In this document: positions 12,291-24,769 of the stretch, piece by piece
Position numbering within the stretch: the stretch's first letter is position 1
How the letters are laid out: each line of letters begins with the position of its first letter
Origin: Vitrella brassicaformis CCMP3155
Taxonomy: Eukaryota; Protista; Chromerida
Length of the DNA stretch: 64,000 nucleotides
Direction: 5' to 3'
NCBI GenBank assembly: GCA_001179505.1
Contig: CDMY01000223.1
Location: forward strand, 1 to 64,000
Translations under genes and position numbers: made by a program
Notes under the pieces: generated by a model
Seen by the model: the letters and a program-made list of their open reading frames with translations, nothing else
Database searches by the model: none
Told to the model about the DNA's origin: nothing

Positions 12291-15200
12291 TCATCCATAA
12301 TGATTCTCGTGCTCACGGTACTGCTTCCTGATGACACCAGTAGGCACAGAGAGAGAGACGAGGAGGAGATGAGCATCCCTGTCTCTGTGCTGTGTGGATT
12401 GTTCCTTCTCTGCGTCATACTTCTTTTCTTCCTCGACGAGTGCCCTCTCGTACTGCCACACGGTCATGCCCTTGGCCCACTCAGGCCGCTCGTCCTCATC
12501 ATCATTCTCGTCCTCCTCGTTGCGACGACGCTTCTTCCCACCATCTGCCATGAGATCTGACGTCCACACAAACACACAGACAACGGCTCTTGGCGTGAGT
12601 GTCGTGGGTCCATCTCAAGAGTGCTCTCTGATCGCACCTCTCTTCCGCTTCTTGGAGCCGTTGCCGTCTCTGTCGAGGCTCTTGTATCCGTGGTTGATGG
12701 TCTGTCGGCATGCCGTTCTGAAGGGGAAGAAGTCGGTCAGAGACGACTGCACCAGGGGCGTCTTCGGGCCACGACTGACAACACACACAGACGGACACAG
12801 ACAAATCGGTGAGTGTCCGGTATATGGTGCTTTTGTGTGTCGCTTACACGCGTCTGAAGTACTTGGTGATCTTGGGAGTGGTCGTGGCTGCCGAGCTGGC
12901 CGTCGGCAGCGTCCTGCAGTAGCAGGCAATGAAGCGATGTTGCACTCGTCGTGTCGTGTGTGCCAGTGCATTGGATCGCTCCGAAGTATGCTGCACAGAC
13001 AATACAATACAGAAAGAGACAGACACACAGACAGACAGACACACAGACACACACACAGAGAGAGAGAGAGAGACAACAGATAGGGAGAGCATGGCAGGCA
13101 GTTCGTGTCTAGCTGTCGCCCAACCTGGCCTCTGTAAATAATTTGGAGAGGGCCTGGTGGCGAGTGGGTGTGATGGGCTTGCCGAACACCTTGTTGTATG
13201 GCAGCGGCTTGCCGCACAGATGATCGTTGATGTCCTTCTCCGTGTAGCCCTCCATGCCGTCATACTCGTCACCCTCACCGCTCTCTATCTCTACCTCCAC
13301 CCCTCTCTCCCTCAGTTGCTGCCTCTCGTTGGCCTTGCTCTCGGCGATGGCCTGCCGCTCCTCATACCACTGCTGCTCGATCTGCTCTTCGTTGTCCCAC
13401 ATGTCGACATCGAAGCGGGCGTCGCCACCCCTAATGTCCATCTGCCACAGCTGGCGGTTCCACACATAGCGACGGCTAAACGGCAACACCTGCACAATGA
13501 CGGCATCAATACAGCCGATCAAGGGGACGGAGATGGCCTTCCGTGTTGGTGTACCCACCTGTTGGTGTCGGTCTACGGGTACGGTCTGGTCGTTCGTCGT
13601 GCGATCCATCACCCCCAGCACGCTGATCTCGGAGTGCTTGGTCTGCTCGTGGCGGTTGCCGTCATCGTAGTGGGTCTCGGGGTCATCGCGGTCCCACTGC
13701 TCGTCCAGCAGACTCGCACCGCCAAACAGAATGACATCACTGGACACACAACCGAAGCCATTCATCTCTGTCTGCGTTGCGGGTGCGTAGCCGTGAATGT
13801 GTACTCACCTGCCCGTCCACACGGCAGCTGCACACGCTGCAGGGGGCGGCTCGTAGGGCTTGTAGGGCGTCTCGGGAGCGGGCCGTGGGGTCGTGCCGGC
13901 GGGTGGGGCTGTGCCACACATCTTCTGAGGCCGCGTGGCGAATGCCGGCTTGCTGAATCGGCCCGTGGTGATGTCGAAGATGAGGGTCTTCATGCCTCCG
14001 AACCTGGCTCCGAAATCAGCGTAGTTGGCGTAGGGCAAGTTGATGACGATCTTGTCACCTGCAAGTAAACACAGAGGCCCACACAAAAAAAGGCCAGCAT
14101 CTCTTACTCCGCCGGACTGCCTGCCTGCCTGCCTGCCACTGACCTGCCAGCACAGCTGTGTGGCGAGCAAAGTCGCATCGGTGGCCCTCCGCCGACGCCA
14201 AGTATGAGCGAAGTGCATCTGACGACAACACAACACGACAACCTGCGCTACGATGGCCAACACATGGACGACAGTTTGTGCTGACTGACTGACCATCAAC
14301 CAGCGGGAAAGTGCCCCTCGAGACCCACGGCAGACAGCTGAATATGATCCACCTGCAAGCAATGAAGATATATAAAGGCACTTCCATAGACGCCACGGAG
14401 GACACGCGATGCATCAGACGGATGACTCACGTCTTGCCTTCTCCGTCAAAGATGTTCAGCCGCGGTGGCGACGCGAAGCCCATCGGCATGAAACGCTCTG
14501 AAGGTCCGTACTCGCTGTCAAACTCGTCATCGTCAAAGTCAGAGTCAATCTCATGGTCCCACTCTGCAGGCACGCAATCACACACACGACGCCAGCACTG
14601 TCAATTCGATCGACATTTTGTCCTGCCTGCCTTACCCTCTCCGCCGATAATGAAGACATAGCGGTCCTTGACGAGGGTGGCCGTGTGGTTCAGACGGGCT
14701 GTCGGACGGGGGCCGCTCACATTGTCATCGCTGACACGGACACACAGACAGACAGACAGACAGACAGCCAAGATGAGAGCGGTCGTGGCGGCGAATGGGG
14801 GTGGGGGTCTCTCACCTGTTGTTGAATGACCAGGTCGCCACGTCGACGATGATCGAGGAACTCAACGCTTCGCTGGCCGAACCAGAAAACGCTGAAGGGG
14901 TCGTGCCGGTGCTGTCAGGCCCCAGCCACCGTACCCGTATGTGTTTTTGCCACCGATGATGAAGATGTAGCCATGTGGGTGAGCGGATGACCGAATGGGC
15001 ACACACGTCGACGTGAAGAAGCGACTGTAGCCACAGACGCAGGAAGGAGTGAGTCGGCGGACATATCAAGATGCAGCCTGGACACACACACTCCATCTAT
15101 CCACTTCGGCTTACCGATTCAGTGGCGGTGTGCTCTTCTTCTCCTCGCCCCTCAGCTCCGCCTTGCTCAGCCACTGGTGCTGATACGTGGCACCCGCACC

Positions 15201-16272
15201 ACCCTCCTCGCGATTGATCTCCAGCACACCCCAGGGGTTGTCGGTGTCGCTGCCTCTCGGCCCACCAGCCGCAAAGTAGCGTTTTGGCCACTCAGGTTGG
15301 GTGTGTGGTGCGCGGAGGGGAGGTGCGATGTTGAGAGGTGTGAGGGTGAGGGCATCTGATGGGCGGGGAGCGACGCCATCGACGCGACACCTCTTCCACT
15401 CGTACTTGCCGCCCGACACGAGGGAGGCCAACGACACACTGGGAGGGAGGGAGGCAAAGAGCAAGAAGTCGGCATCCATAAGTGGATACGCGTGTAGCTT
15501 TCGCCTACCGCCAGAGTTTTTTGGAGAGGCGGTTCTCGCCCTTGCCTCCAACCACCCCACCTGAGGGACACACCGACACAGGGGCATCAATCAGGTGCCT
15601 GACTGACTAAGTAGGGCTTCGTCCTTCTCTCAGTGTCCTCACTTACCGAACACATACAGACTAGGGCCAGCAATGAAGATGCTCGAGCGGCTGCGCTTCA
15701 TCCCATCTCTCGGCTTGATGCACTTGGCATGGCCCCACCGCAGCTCACTCACCTCGGCGTTGGCACCGAAGTCCTCGACGACTCTGCTGCGGCGATAGGC
15801 CTCGCGGTAGTCCCCCTCGGGCAGAGGCACGTACGCGGAGGGGTTGCTGACCGACTCACGGGGGAAGTGGGCGGAACTGCTGATGAGTCGAATGTTGCCC
15901 TTGCCCCTCTTGCCGAACGAGCGATGGTACTGCAACACATTGGAATGGTTGGGCGCAGCTGTAATGGCGTGTTCGTGTGTGCCTACCTGCAGCCGCCAGA
16001 TGGCCGACGAGGGGTCGGGATCCACCAGGGCCTTCAACTCCTTACACACTGCACACACAAACCATCCACAAGATCGGCAGATCAACTCATGGACTATCTG
16101 CAGCGTGGCGTGCGGCTTCTCTCCATCATGCAGCCTCCCCCTCCCTCCTGTGTGTTGTGCTGTCCTGTGCTGCGTTTCTGTTCTGTTCACCTCTCTCGAG
16201 GATGAAGAGGTCGCGTCCGTCGACGTATGGAAGCGCATACGGGACAGCTTCGCTCAGCGACGTGGCCGCCAT
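12291..16272 (-). CDS. F-box/kelch-repeat protein with C-terminal PIP box and basic NLS-like tail (paralog 1)
   Basis: Spliced N-terminus MAATSLSEAVPYALPYVDGRDLFILER/VCKELKALVDPDPSSAIW (F-box). Kelch-like blades SSIFIAGPSLYVFGK, YIFIIGG, RLNHTATLVKDRYVFIIGG, RHTAVLAGDKIVI, AAAVWTG..VILFGG. QSSLTDFF at 12726-12749. Tail exons KKRKR/DLMADGGKKRRR... to stop at 12291. Confidence 0.82.
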
Positions 16273-16429
16273 CTTGAACACACTCCAGCGAGTACACGAT
16301 GTTTTTCGGCGACCACTGCGAGCTTGAACGCAAGAGGGGGTCGTTCTTGGGGGAGAGGCAAGATCCAGACCAGGTGGACGGACACCAACCTCCCGCCATT
16401 CCAACTATCGCAAAAACTGGGAACGAACG

Positions 16430-17354
16430 ATGCTCAGCGGGCCTCTGGCACTCCAATGTCTATCAGGGATCTATCTGCCAATTTCTATCATGGCCTTCCT
16501 ATGTGATCCCCATCTGCCATTACTCCAACGACCAGCCCTGGTCACACGGCAACAGTTCCGCTTCCCAGCAATGCTTTCGCACAGGAGGGAAGGCATCGAG
16601 CCATTCCCAAAGCCGCCGCCCTCTGTTCTGTCAGCTTCTGATGGTCGGGGATGCAGGCGGTACCATCTCGGGTTGCTTTCTGTTGCTTTGGGCTCCCTCA
16701 TGCTGCCGGCGTGTGGTGCAGAAGCTGCTGCCGACTCATCAGCAGTCCTGCCCGAAGAGTTCCAGCGCCTCAACTCGGATCTGAACCGGCTCACTCGGCA
16801 GCTTGAGAGCAATGACCCGATGGACGTGCCCCTGCTCATTACGAGGACGATTCCTCTGCAGCGGTTCAGGGATGCGGCCGACGCAGCTGCAAAAACGGCA
16901 CTGGGCTCTGTCGACGGGATGGACTCACAAGAGTTGGCATACAAGGCGGACAAGGTGAGAACAAGTCACACCTAACGAGGGTCTTGCTGCCTGTTTTGTG
17001 TCATGCATGGCTGGGTTGCTGGCTGCGTTAATGTGTGCAGACGATTACCAAGATCAAAACTGACCTGGGTCTGCTGATGAAGAAGGCCGAGAAGGTCAGG
17101 GGCGATGTGGTGGTGGGGCCGCAGCGGCTGGCATCGTTGAGAGACCCGCTATTGAGAATCGAATACGATATAAGGTTAGGCACGGAGATGCGCATTACCC
17201 CACCTGCTTTGACCAACACAGCCGCTCACATGACGTCTTGCGTTTTGCCTGCAGGACACTGGAAGGCGTGTATGTCCCGAATGGCATTGCAAACCCGGCG
17301 CTTCGGAAGCCGATCTTCTCCATATGTGAAAGTGGATTCCTTGTCTGTGAGTGA
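16430..17354 (+). CDS. Probable plastid thylakoid-lumen protein (multipartite targeting, helical mature domain)
   Basis: Hydrophobic leader ending IMAF, Arg/Ser/Pro-rich transit-like region, then RRYHLGLLSVALGSLMLPACGAEA (twin-Arg, hydrophobic core, AxA site). Exons 16430-16953, 17041-17174, 17256-17354. Confidence 0.62.
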
Positions 17355-17780
17355 AGAAGCTCCGTGAGTAAGGGGAGGGGGCCACACACGGCAGGGCGAG
17401 CAGACGATTGTATCAACGTTTTGCTGCAGAGGGGATGGGGCATGGGTGAATGGACATGACATGTGGTGTTGTCGTCGATTTTGCTGTTTGTGGGGAAGAC
17501 AAGCTTGAGACAGGCACACCGTATGGCAGCTGCATGCCATCGTGTAGAATAGATCTTTCTCTCGGAAAGAGCTGCTGGCATCTGAAGCCTGTTCTTCACT
17601 CGTCATGGCCGTCAGACTCGCCTTGTCCGTCCTGTCTCACACATCAGTAGATCGTCGATCTACGACGCTATCTTGAGCTTTTTTCGTTCCGAATCGCATC
17701 TCCGTGGATCTATCTGTCTGTCCATTTGTCTGTCTGTTAACTCGAGTGGCTGACCAACGGACGCATCAACCACATCAATC

Positions 17781-19441
17781 ATGCCCCTGGTGAAGGTGGA
17801 CAGTCCGAATGTCGAGTACAGCGGTGAGCACATCACGTCCCACTACGACTACAGCACGGTGGAGGTGCGGGAGGACAGCGGCCACAAGATCTGCACCCCT
17901 TCCACGCGGCGATTCACCATCCGCACCGAGCGGCACGTGCCCAAGACGGGCCTGCTGATGGTCGGCCTGGGCGGCAACAACGGCACCACCGTCCTTGGAG
18001 GTAGTACACCAGCACACACACGGCATGGCACGCCACGCCATGCATGTGATCTTTGACCTCTGTGTGTGTTGCGTCTTGGTTGCATTGCAGGCATTTTAGC
18101 GAACAAGTACGGTATGACATGGGAGACCAAGGAGGGCACCCAATGCGCCAACTACCTGGGCAGCCTCACCCAGTCGTCGACGGTGCGGCTGGGGACCGAC
18201 GCCCTCAAGGGGACCGACGTGTACGTGCCGATGAGCGACCTGCTGCCGATGGTGCACCCCAACGACGTGGTCGTGGGCGGCTGGGACATCAGCGGCACCA
18301 ACATGGGCGACGCCATGAGGCGTGCCAAGGTGCTCGATGTGAGCCTGCAGCTGCAGCTCTACCCCCACATGAAGGACATGGTGCCCATGCCGGGCGTCTA
18401 CTTCAAGAACTTCATCGCCAGCAACCAGGAGGCTAGGGCAGACAACGTCCTCCGCGGCACCAAGATGGAGCAGATGGAGCAGGTGCGGCAGCAGATCCGC
18501 CAATTCAGGGCCGCCACAGGGGTGGACAAGGTGATTGTGCTGTGGACGGCCAACACGGAGAGGTATGCCAGTGTCGGGCAGGGGCTCAACGACACGGCCG
18601 CCAACCTCATGGCGGCCATCGAGAGGGGCGATGACGAGATCTCCCCTTCAACCATCTACTGCGTGGTCAGTGAGTCAGCTACCCACCCTCCCCCACACAC
18701 CTCTCTGCTCTCCATGTCTGTCTGTCCATCTGTCATGCAGGCGTCGATACTGGAGGGGTGCAGCTACATCAACGGCTCGCCTCAGAACACGTTCGTGCCC
18801 GGCGTGTTGGAGCTGGCGACGCAGCACGACACCTTCATCGCCGGCGACGACTTCAAGTCTGGCCAGACCAAGATGAAGTCGGTGCTGGTGGACTTCCTGG
18901 TGTCTGCGGGCATCAAGCCCACCTCCATCGTCAGCTACAACCACCTCGGCAACAACGACGGATACAACCTCTCCAGCCCACAACAATTCAGGTGGGTGCG
19001 GCGGGAGCACCTGTCGGCATGCAAACCAAACGCCCCCATGTATGGTGTGGTGTGGTGTGGGGTATCGATGGATCGGTCAGGTCGAAGGAGATCTCCAAGA
19101 GCAACGTGGTGGACGACATGGTGGCGTCCAACCGTCTGCTGTACCAGGAGGACGAGAAGCCCGACCACTGTGTGGTCATCAAGTACATCCCCTACGTCGG
19201 CGACAGCAAGCGCGCCATGGACGAGTACACCTCCGAGATCTTCATGGGCGGCCACAACACCATCGTCATGCACAACACGTGCGAGGACTCGCTCCTCGCC
19301 GCGCCGCTCATCATCGACCTGGTCGTCCTCTGCGAGCTGGCAGAGCGCATCCGCATCATGGACCACACACACAAGACGCCAAAATACGAAAAGGTGAGGC
19401 GGCGACACGAGGGAGGGGCCCTCTGCAGCGTATGCATCCTG

Positions 19442-19472
<31 letters not shown>

Positions 19473-19941
19473 CAGATGCATGTTGTGCTGTCGTTGTTGA
19501 GTTACCTGACGAAGGCGCCCATCGTTCCCCCCAACACGCCTGTCGTCAACGCCCTCTTCAAGCAGCGCGACTGCATCATCAACATCATGCGCGCATGCGT
19601 GGGACTCCCCCCCGACAACCACATGCTGCTGGTTAGTCCCTCCCTCCCACACTACCCACACCCACACTGACACATGGAATCCATGTGGATGAGTGAGTGT
19701 GTGTGGGTGATACGTGTGACTGACTGCTCAGGAGCACAAGTTGAAGACGGCGGGGTCGTGTCAGCGGTTGCTCGCCACGCCGCCGACGCAGCCCACGACG
19801 CCCGGCATCGACCAGACGCCGCCATCATTCGCCAAGACGGATCTGCTGCCCGCCACCATGGTGCCCGCCGCCGACGCCGTCGACATGCACAGCAAGACCA
19901 TCACCACCCAATTCAACAACAGGGACGCAGAGGCGGCCTGA
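17781..19941 (+). CDS. INO1: myo-inositol-1-phosphate synthase
   Basis: [142 protein letters not shown]. Confidence 0.98.
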
Positions 19942-22001
19942 CGGATGGATGGATGGACCGCACTTACATACAGAGAGGGGAGGGGTATGTGGAGGCATGG
20001 ATGGGATGGGTGCACGTGGGTGGGACTGTTTTGCCAAAAGGGTGAGTGTGGGGGCTGGGCCGGGGAGAGGTGCGGTGCCTGAGATTGGGGAGCCGTCTGT
20101 GTGTGCCAAGGGAAGATGCATATCATCCTTCCGTCACTGGCTGACACATGACATGCACCCACCCCACCCGGGTACCATTGCGATACTGTCTGTATCTGTG
20201 TGTCTATCAGTCTAATTGGTCGATCCATCATCGCACCTGCTGATGGACCGATGACGCGGCAACAGCGGGAGGGAGGGAGGGAGGGATGGATGTGGACTTT
20301 TGAGGGCTCACTCGGTTATATTGCATGCCTAGCATGCCTAGCATTCGGATCAGCGTGTATACGCGTGAATACACATGTACGGCCATGCAGGGACACGAAG
20401 CCACCCCACACGACACATCTCTACGGACCGACCTGACCCGTCACCTTCGTTCGACTGTCCATGTATGTAAAGTTTTGAACTCACTCTCTCTCTCCCTTCT
20501 TACCCAATTCAATTGGACGCACTGACTTGACTTCTTGTTCGTTCCTTCTGTCCTTATCTGAATGACAAAGTGTGTTTTTGCGTTTTGGTTCCCATTTTTC
20601 TCTGACACGCGCAAACGTATACAAATATCACACAGCAGCGGCTGTCGGTAATATTGGTTTAAGTGTGGGGTCGGTGGGCGGGGCGGGTGGGGTTTGTTTG
20701 TTTGTTTGTAGGCAGGGGCGCCCTTTCGTTTCGTTTGTGTGTGTAGCTAGCATGATCTGAAGAGAGTGTACAGTAGACAGCGTCTGTGTGCAGACAGTAG
20801 CTGTGTGGGTCCCTCATTCCGTCATCTTCTTCACCCATCGCCGCTTTTTTCCTCACCCAATCCCATCCGTTTCTCTCAGCGATGGATGGATGGATGGACA
20901 CCTTCCTGTCATCTATCTATCTGTCACGGGTTGTTTTGACATTCTGCCCCTGCGAATGAATTTCTGTGTCGAATGCCTGTCTGTCGGTCTGTCTGTCTGC
21001 CTGCCGTAAGTCTGCCTTAATGGTGCATGAGTGCATCCATCCGTGCGACCAACAAGTACCGTATCAGTCTGTGTCCATCTGCCTCTTCCACACTTGCTCA
21101 ACGCCTACCTGGTAGACGCACTGATGTGCGTCAGCGAGTGAGTCCATCTGCCTGTCTGTCTGCCTGTCTGTCTGTGTGTGTCTGTGTGTGTGTGGCAGCA
21201 CCCGTATGAGGAGTCGACACCCAGCCAGGGTACCAGCCCCTGGTTGTCGCTAGCAGCTGGAGGGAGGGAGGGAGGGAGGGAGTGAGGGGACGGAGAGGAC
21301 AGTGTCTTTGTGTGGTGATGGGGGGACAGACAGGAACTAGAGGTTGCTCGTCTCATCGCGTCGCAGCTCGTTTGTAAGTTTCAGTGCCGTCTGATGGGTG
21401 GTCTCGTGTGTGAGGTGTTTCTCGCACACCGAACCGGCAGGCATGTCAGCTGTTGCGTCACATTGCAGCAGCGACCTCCCTGCCGGATGGCTGTGCTAGC
21501 AACACACACACACACGCTTGCCCTTTGCGGGGCTGATCGATCGATCGACGAATGACGAATGGAATGAACGGCGCCACGAGCACACCAATGATGCGCATGG
21601 GAGAGTTGTGGGGTGGGGGGCAGAAAGATGGCAGGGACAGATAGGGGATAGAGATGGCCCATTCCATTCATTCCACCGCACTCCATCCACTGCACTGAAT
21701 GAATGCATTGAGCGGCACTGCACGCCTTGTTGGCACGGTCGCTCCATGGACACGCCATGCATACCGCCACACAACGAACCTTCATATCTATCATACATGG
21801 TCTTTCCATGTTCGTGTGAGCATTCGTGTCGTATATCATATGCGTGCAACGTAACACACGTGTGCAATGCAAGACACAAGGCGCAAGACAAGACACATAG
21901 CTAGGGTGTGGTGTGAGTGAGGACCTAACCTAAGTATGCCAACAACCAGACACAAGAGACACAGACATCCTACCCTCCCTCCTCCTCTCCTCCTTTGTCT
22001 G

Positions 22002-23951
22002 TCACACCTGCGCCTCCACGTCCATCATCTTTTTGTTGTGTCTCGCCTCCATCTCGGCTATCAAATCAGCAGCTGTCGGTGTGGGCCCAGCACTGGCAGT
22101 TGACGGCAGGGACAGCGAGTCCAGCACGGGGCCTCTCGTCTGACACACGGGGGGCAAATCCTGCAAATGACCTGCACAGACCCAACCCTCTCATCGCGGA
22201 CCATTCCATGCGTGTGTGTCTCCCTGGGTCTTCTTCACCCACCTGTGGCTCTCGCTACGTGTCTGTACTCCTGCGCCACTGCACACGGGCAGCACAAGAG
22301 CACCACACACGCATCCTGCACACAGTCACTCGACGGAAGGCTGTACTTCCTGGACGACAGACAGATACACACCACACCCATCGCGGGGTACCCCATTCCC
22401 CCNNNNNNNNNNNNNNNNNNNNNNNNNNNNNNNNNNNNNNNNNNNNNNNNNNNNNNNNNNNNNNNNNNNNNNNNNNNNNNNNNNNNNNNNNNNNNNNNNN
22501 NNNNNNNNNNNNNNNNNNNNNNNNNNNNNNNNNNNNNNNNNNNNNNNNNNNNNNNNNNNNNNNNNNNNNNNNNNNNNNNNNNNNNNNNNNNNNNNNNNNN
22601 NNNNNNNNNNNNNNNNNNNNNNNNNNNNNNNNNNNNNNNNNNNNNNNNNNNNNNNNNNNNNNNNNNNNNNNNNNNNNNNNNNNNNNNNNNNNNNNNNNNN
22701 NNCCCCCCCCCCCCCCACACAACACACAGGTGTGTACCTTCGAATGCGGAGCCTGAAATACCACATGGCCGCCAGAAACACCACGGCCGTCAGCACCGTG
22801 CCCACTTCAAATAACAGGAATATCCAGTCGTCCCGATACCGATGCAGCTCCCCCAGCAGTACCGGGGGACTCCTGTCTCTGATCTTCATCTTCCTGGCCC
22901 ACTCGGGCAGCTTCGCCATCTCTTCCGTGACGTCGGCCCCCTCTGCAGTAGCGACCCTCAGCTGCAGGTATTTCTCGAGCGTCTTATACTGACCACCAAC
23001 CATATATGGCGAGAGACACACAATGGGGAAGAGAAAGGAGTCTTGGTGCTTGTGCCGGTGTGTTTGGTGGCTGGCTGCATACTTACGTGCCAGAGGATGT
23101 AGACTCGCTGCGTGTCTTGGAGGGCCGCCTCCAGCGGCCCGCCCGAGTGCACCTTGACAACATCAATGCTGTTGTCCTGACAGACAGGGAGACAGACAGA
23201 CAGACACTGTCTGCCTACAACCAAAGCTAAGCAGCCCGGCCCTGGCCTGTCTACTTAACCATGAGGAATGCGTTGAGGTTGGGGTATTTGGTGGTGTTGT
23301 AGACCACCTGTCCGACACCCACCGCCCACTGTGCGGCATACAGCCCCACGAACAGCATGCAGCCAAGGCCGATGTTCAGGAGCTTGGCGCGGTGTAGAGT
23401 GATAACCTTGATGACCCAGCCGCCACACGGCATCAACAGAATCAACAGAAACACCACAAGACAGCTCGTGAGGTCGCGCAGACACCTGTGTCAGTGACAC
23501 CAATGGCATGCATCGCAGCCGAGGAACAGTGCGTCGATGTCTGTTTGTCTGTGTGTCTGTCTCCTGTGCTGTCTGTGCTGTCTGTCTGTCTCACCCGAAG
23601 AGGGAGTCTGACCACCGGCCGGACCACGCCTGCACATCGCCTTCAAAGTGGTAACCACACGACGGGCACGCTGCATTATATCGCAGTCATGCGAAGGCAC
23701 ACACACGTGAGTGCCATGGATGCCGTTTGCAATGGACACCGGTGCGATGGTTGATGAAGGGAGGCTGTTGCACAGCAGCATGCTCACCTGGGCCCGCGTT
23801 GAGGACTCTGGCGCTCTGCATTGATTGGGCCTACAATCCTCCAGCCTTGCCTCCAGCTCTGCCGATCTGCGAGCTTATAACCATTCGAAGGAAGATGTGG
23901 GGATCGCAACCTTTGGCATCGTTGCGTGTGGCCCAAGGGTGATGCGTTCAT
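22002..23951 (-). CDS. PLAC8-family Cys-rich membrane protein with a large insertion; 5' end approximate
   Basis: Spliced AWSGRWSDSLFG/CLRDLTSCLVVFLLILLMPC (N-half of PLAC8), and WYFRLRIRR/KYSLPSSDCVQDACVVLLCCPCAVAQEYRHV (C-half with CCPC..QE motif). Several TM segments between. The assembly gap falls in an intron. Confidence 0.78.
22403..22701. other. Assembly gap (299 N) flanked by poly-C tracts
   Basis: Run of N. C-homopolymer on both sides. The PLAC8 reading frame continues across it (RIRR|KYSL), so it probably lies within one intron. Confidence 0.97.
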
Positions 23952-24769
23952 CGTCCGTCAGTGATGTGTGTGTAGAGTCCCAATCGCAACCACACAGCGG
24001 ACAATCGATCGATCGATCAATCCACACGCCGCCGGACATGTCCAAACAACACCCCAACACAAACAGAGCGTCACGCTCAAGGGAAGGCAGTCAGTCCACA
24101 CACACACACACACACACACACACAGCCGTTACGATCGATCACAGCCAGGCAGCCAGGCAGGCAGGCAGGCATGAGGTGGAGTGATGCACGCACATGCAGG
24201 CGAAAAGGTGCGAGAGAGTGCGAGGGTGTGTGAGTGTGCAGGCAGGAAAGGAGAGAGAGAGAGAGAGATACGATCGATGTGGATGGATGGCGAGCAGCAA
24301 TTACTTCCCCTCCTGTGTGTTGGTGTGTGTGTGTGCCCTTGCCCATTCACGCATGCAATGTGTACACCCCACCACCGCCACACACCACAGCACACCACAC
24401 CCAGCCGCCCAATCGCCCGGAGACGGAAGCCCGACAAGATGCCTCACGTCACGCGGGCGAGTGAAGCGCTTTAAAACCCCCTGGACATACCACCCCCGAA
24501 AAAGTCACAACCAGATCAGGCCACGCAGACGGAACTCATGTTTGCCAAAGAGGCATGCACCAGCCCGCTCTGCCTGGCCGCCTGACTGTGTGGCAGCTTG
24601 CGACAACACAAAATAGAAGAGAACGAACGCCTTGACTTAGGCCTGAAAACCAACACGCACGCACACAGACGGAGAGAGGACATCCATCCATCCATCCATA
24701 TGAGAGGGAGAGAGGCCGTGTGTGTGTGTGCTCACCGTGCTGGAAGGAACAATAGGGTTGTTGGATCGA

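Noticed and set aside
12291-12575. Small stand-alone ORF MADGGKKRRRNEEDE...
   Set aside because: It splices in phase onto the KKRKR exon of F-box/kelch paralog 1 (donor GTGCGA, acceptor ...GTCAG), so it is better explained as that gene's tail.
12726-12749. CRL4-Cdt2 PIP degron
   Set aside because: TD is present, but the residue four positions after FF is Thr (FFPFRT), not the required Lys/Arg. Called a PIP box only.
13157-14068. Long antisense ORFs overlapping real genes (also 6863..7534, 18935..19408, 25847..26443, 47105..47959, 54582..55460, 58602..59303)
   Set aside because: Expected by-product of high GC and codon bias on the opposite strand. No recognisable motifs.
20495-20525. Weak similarity (TTACCC...CAATTG) to the inverted repeat at 43329
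   Set aside because: Too short and degenerate, with no partner arm.
21995-23021. ORFs running through poly-X
   Set aside because: Artefacts of translating across the N gap.
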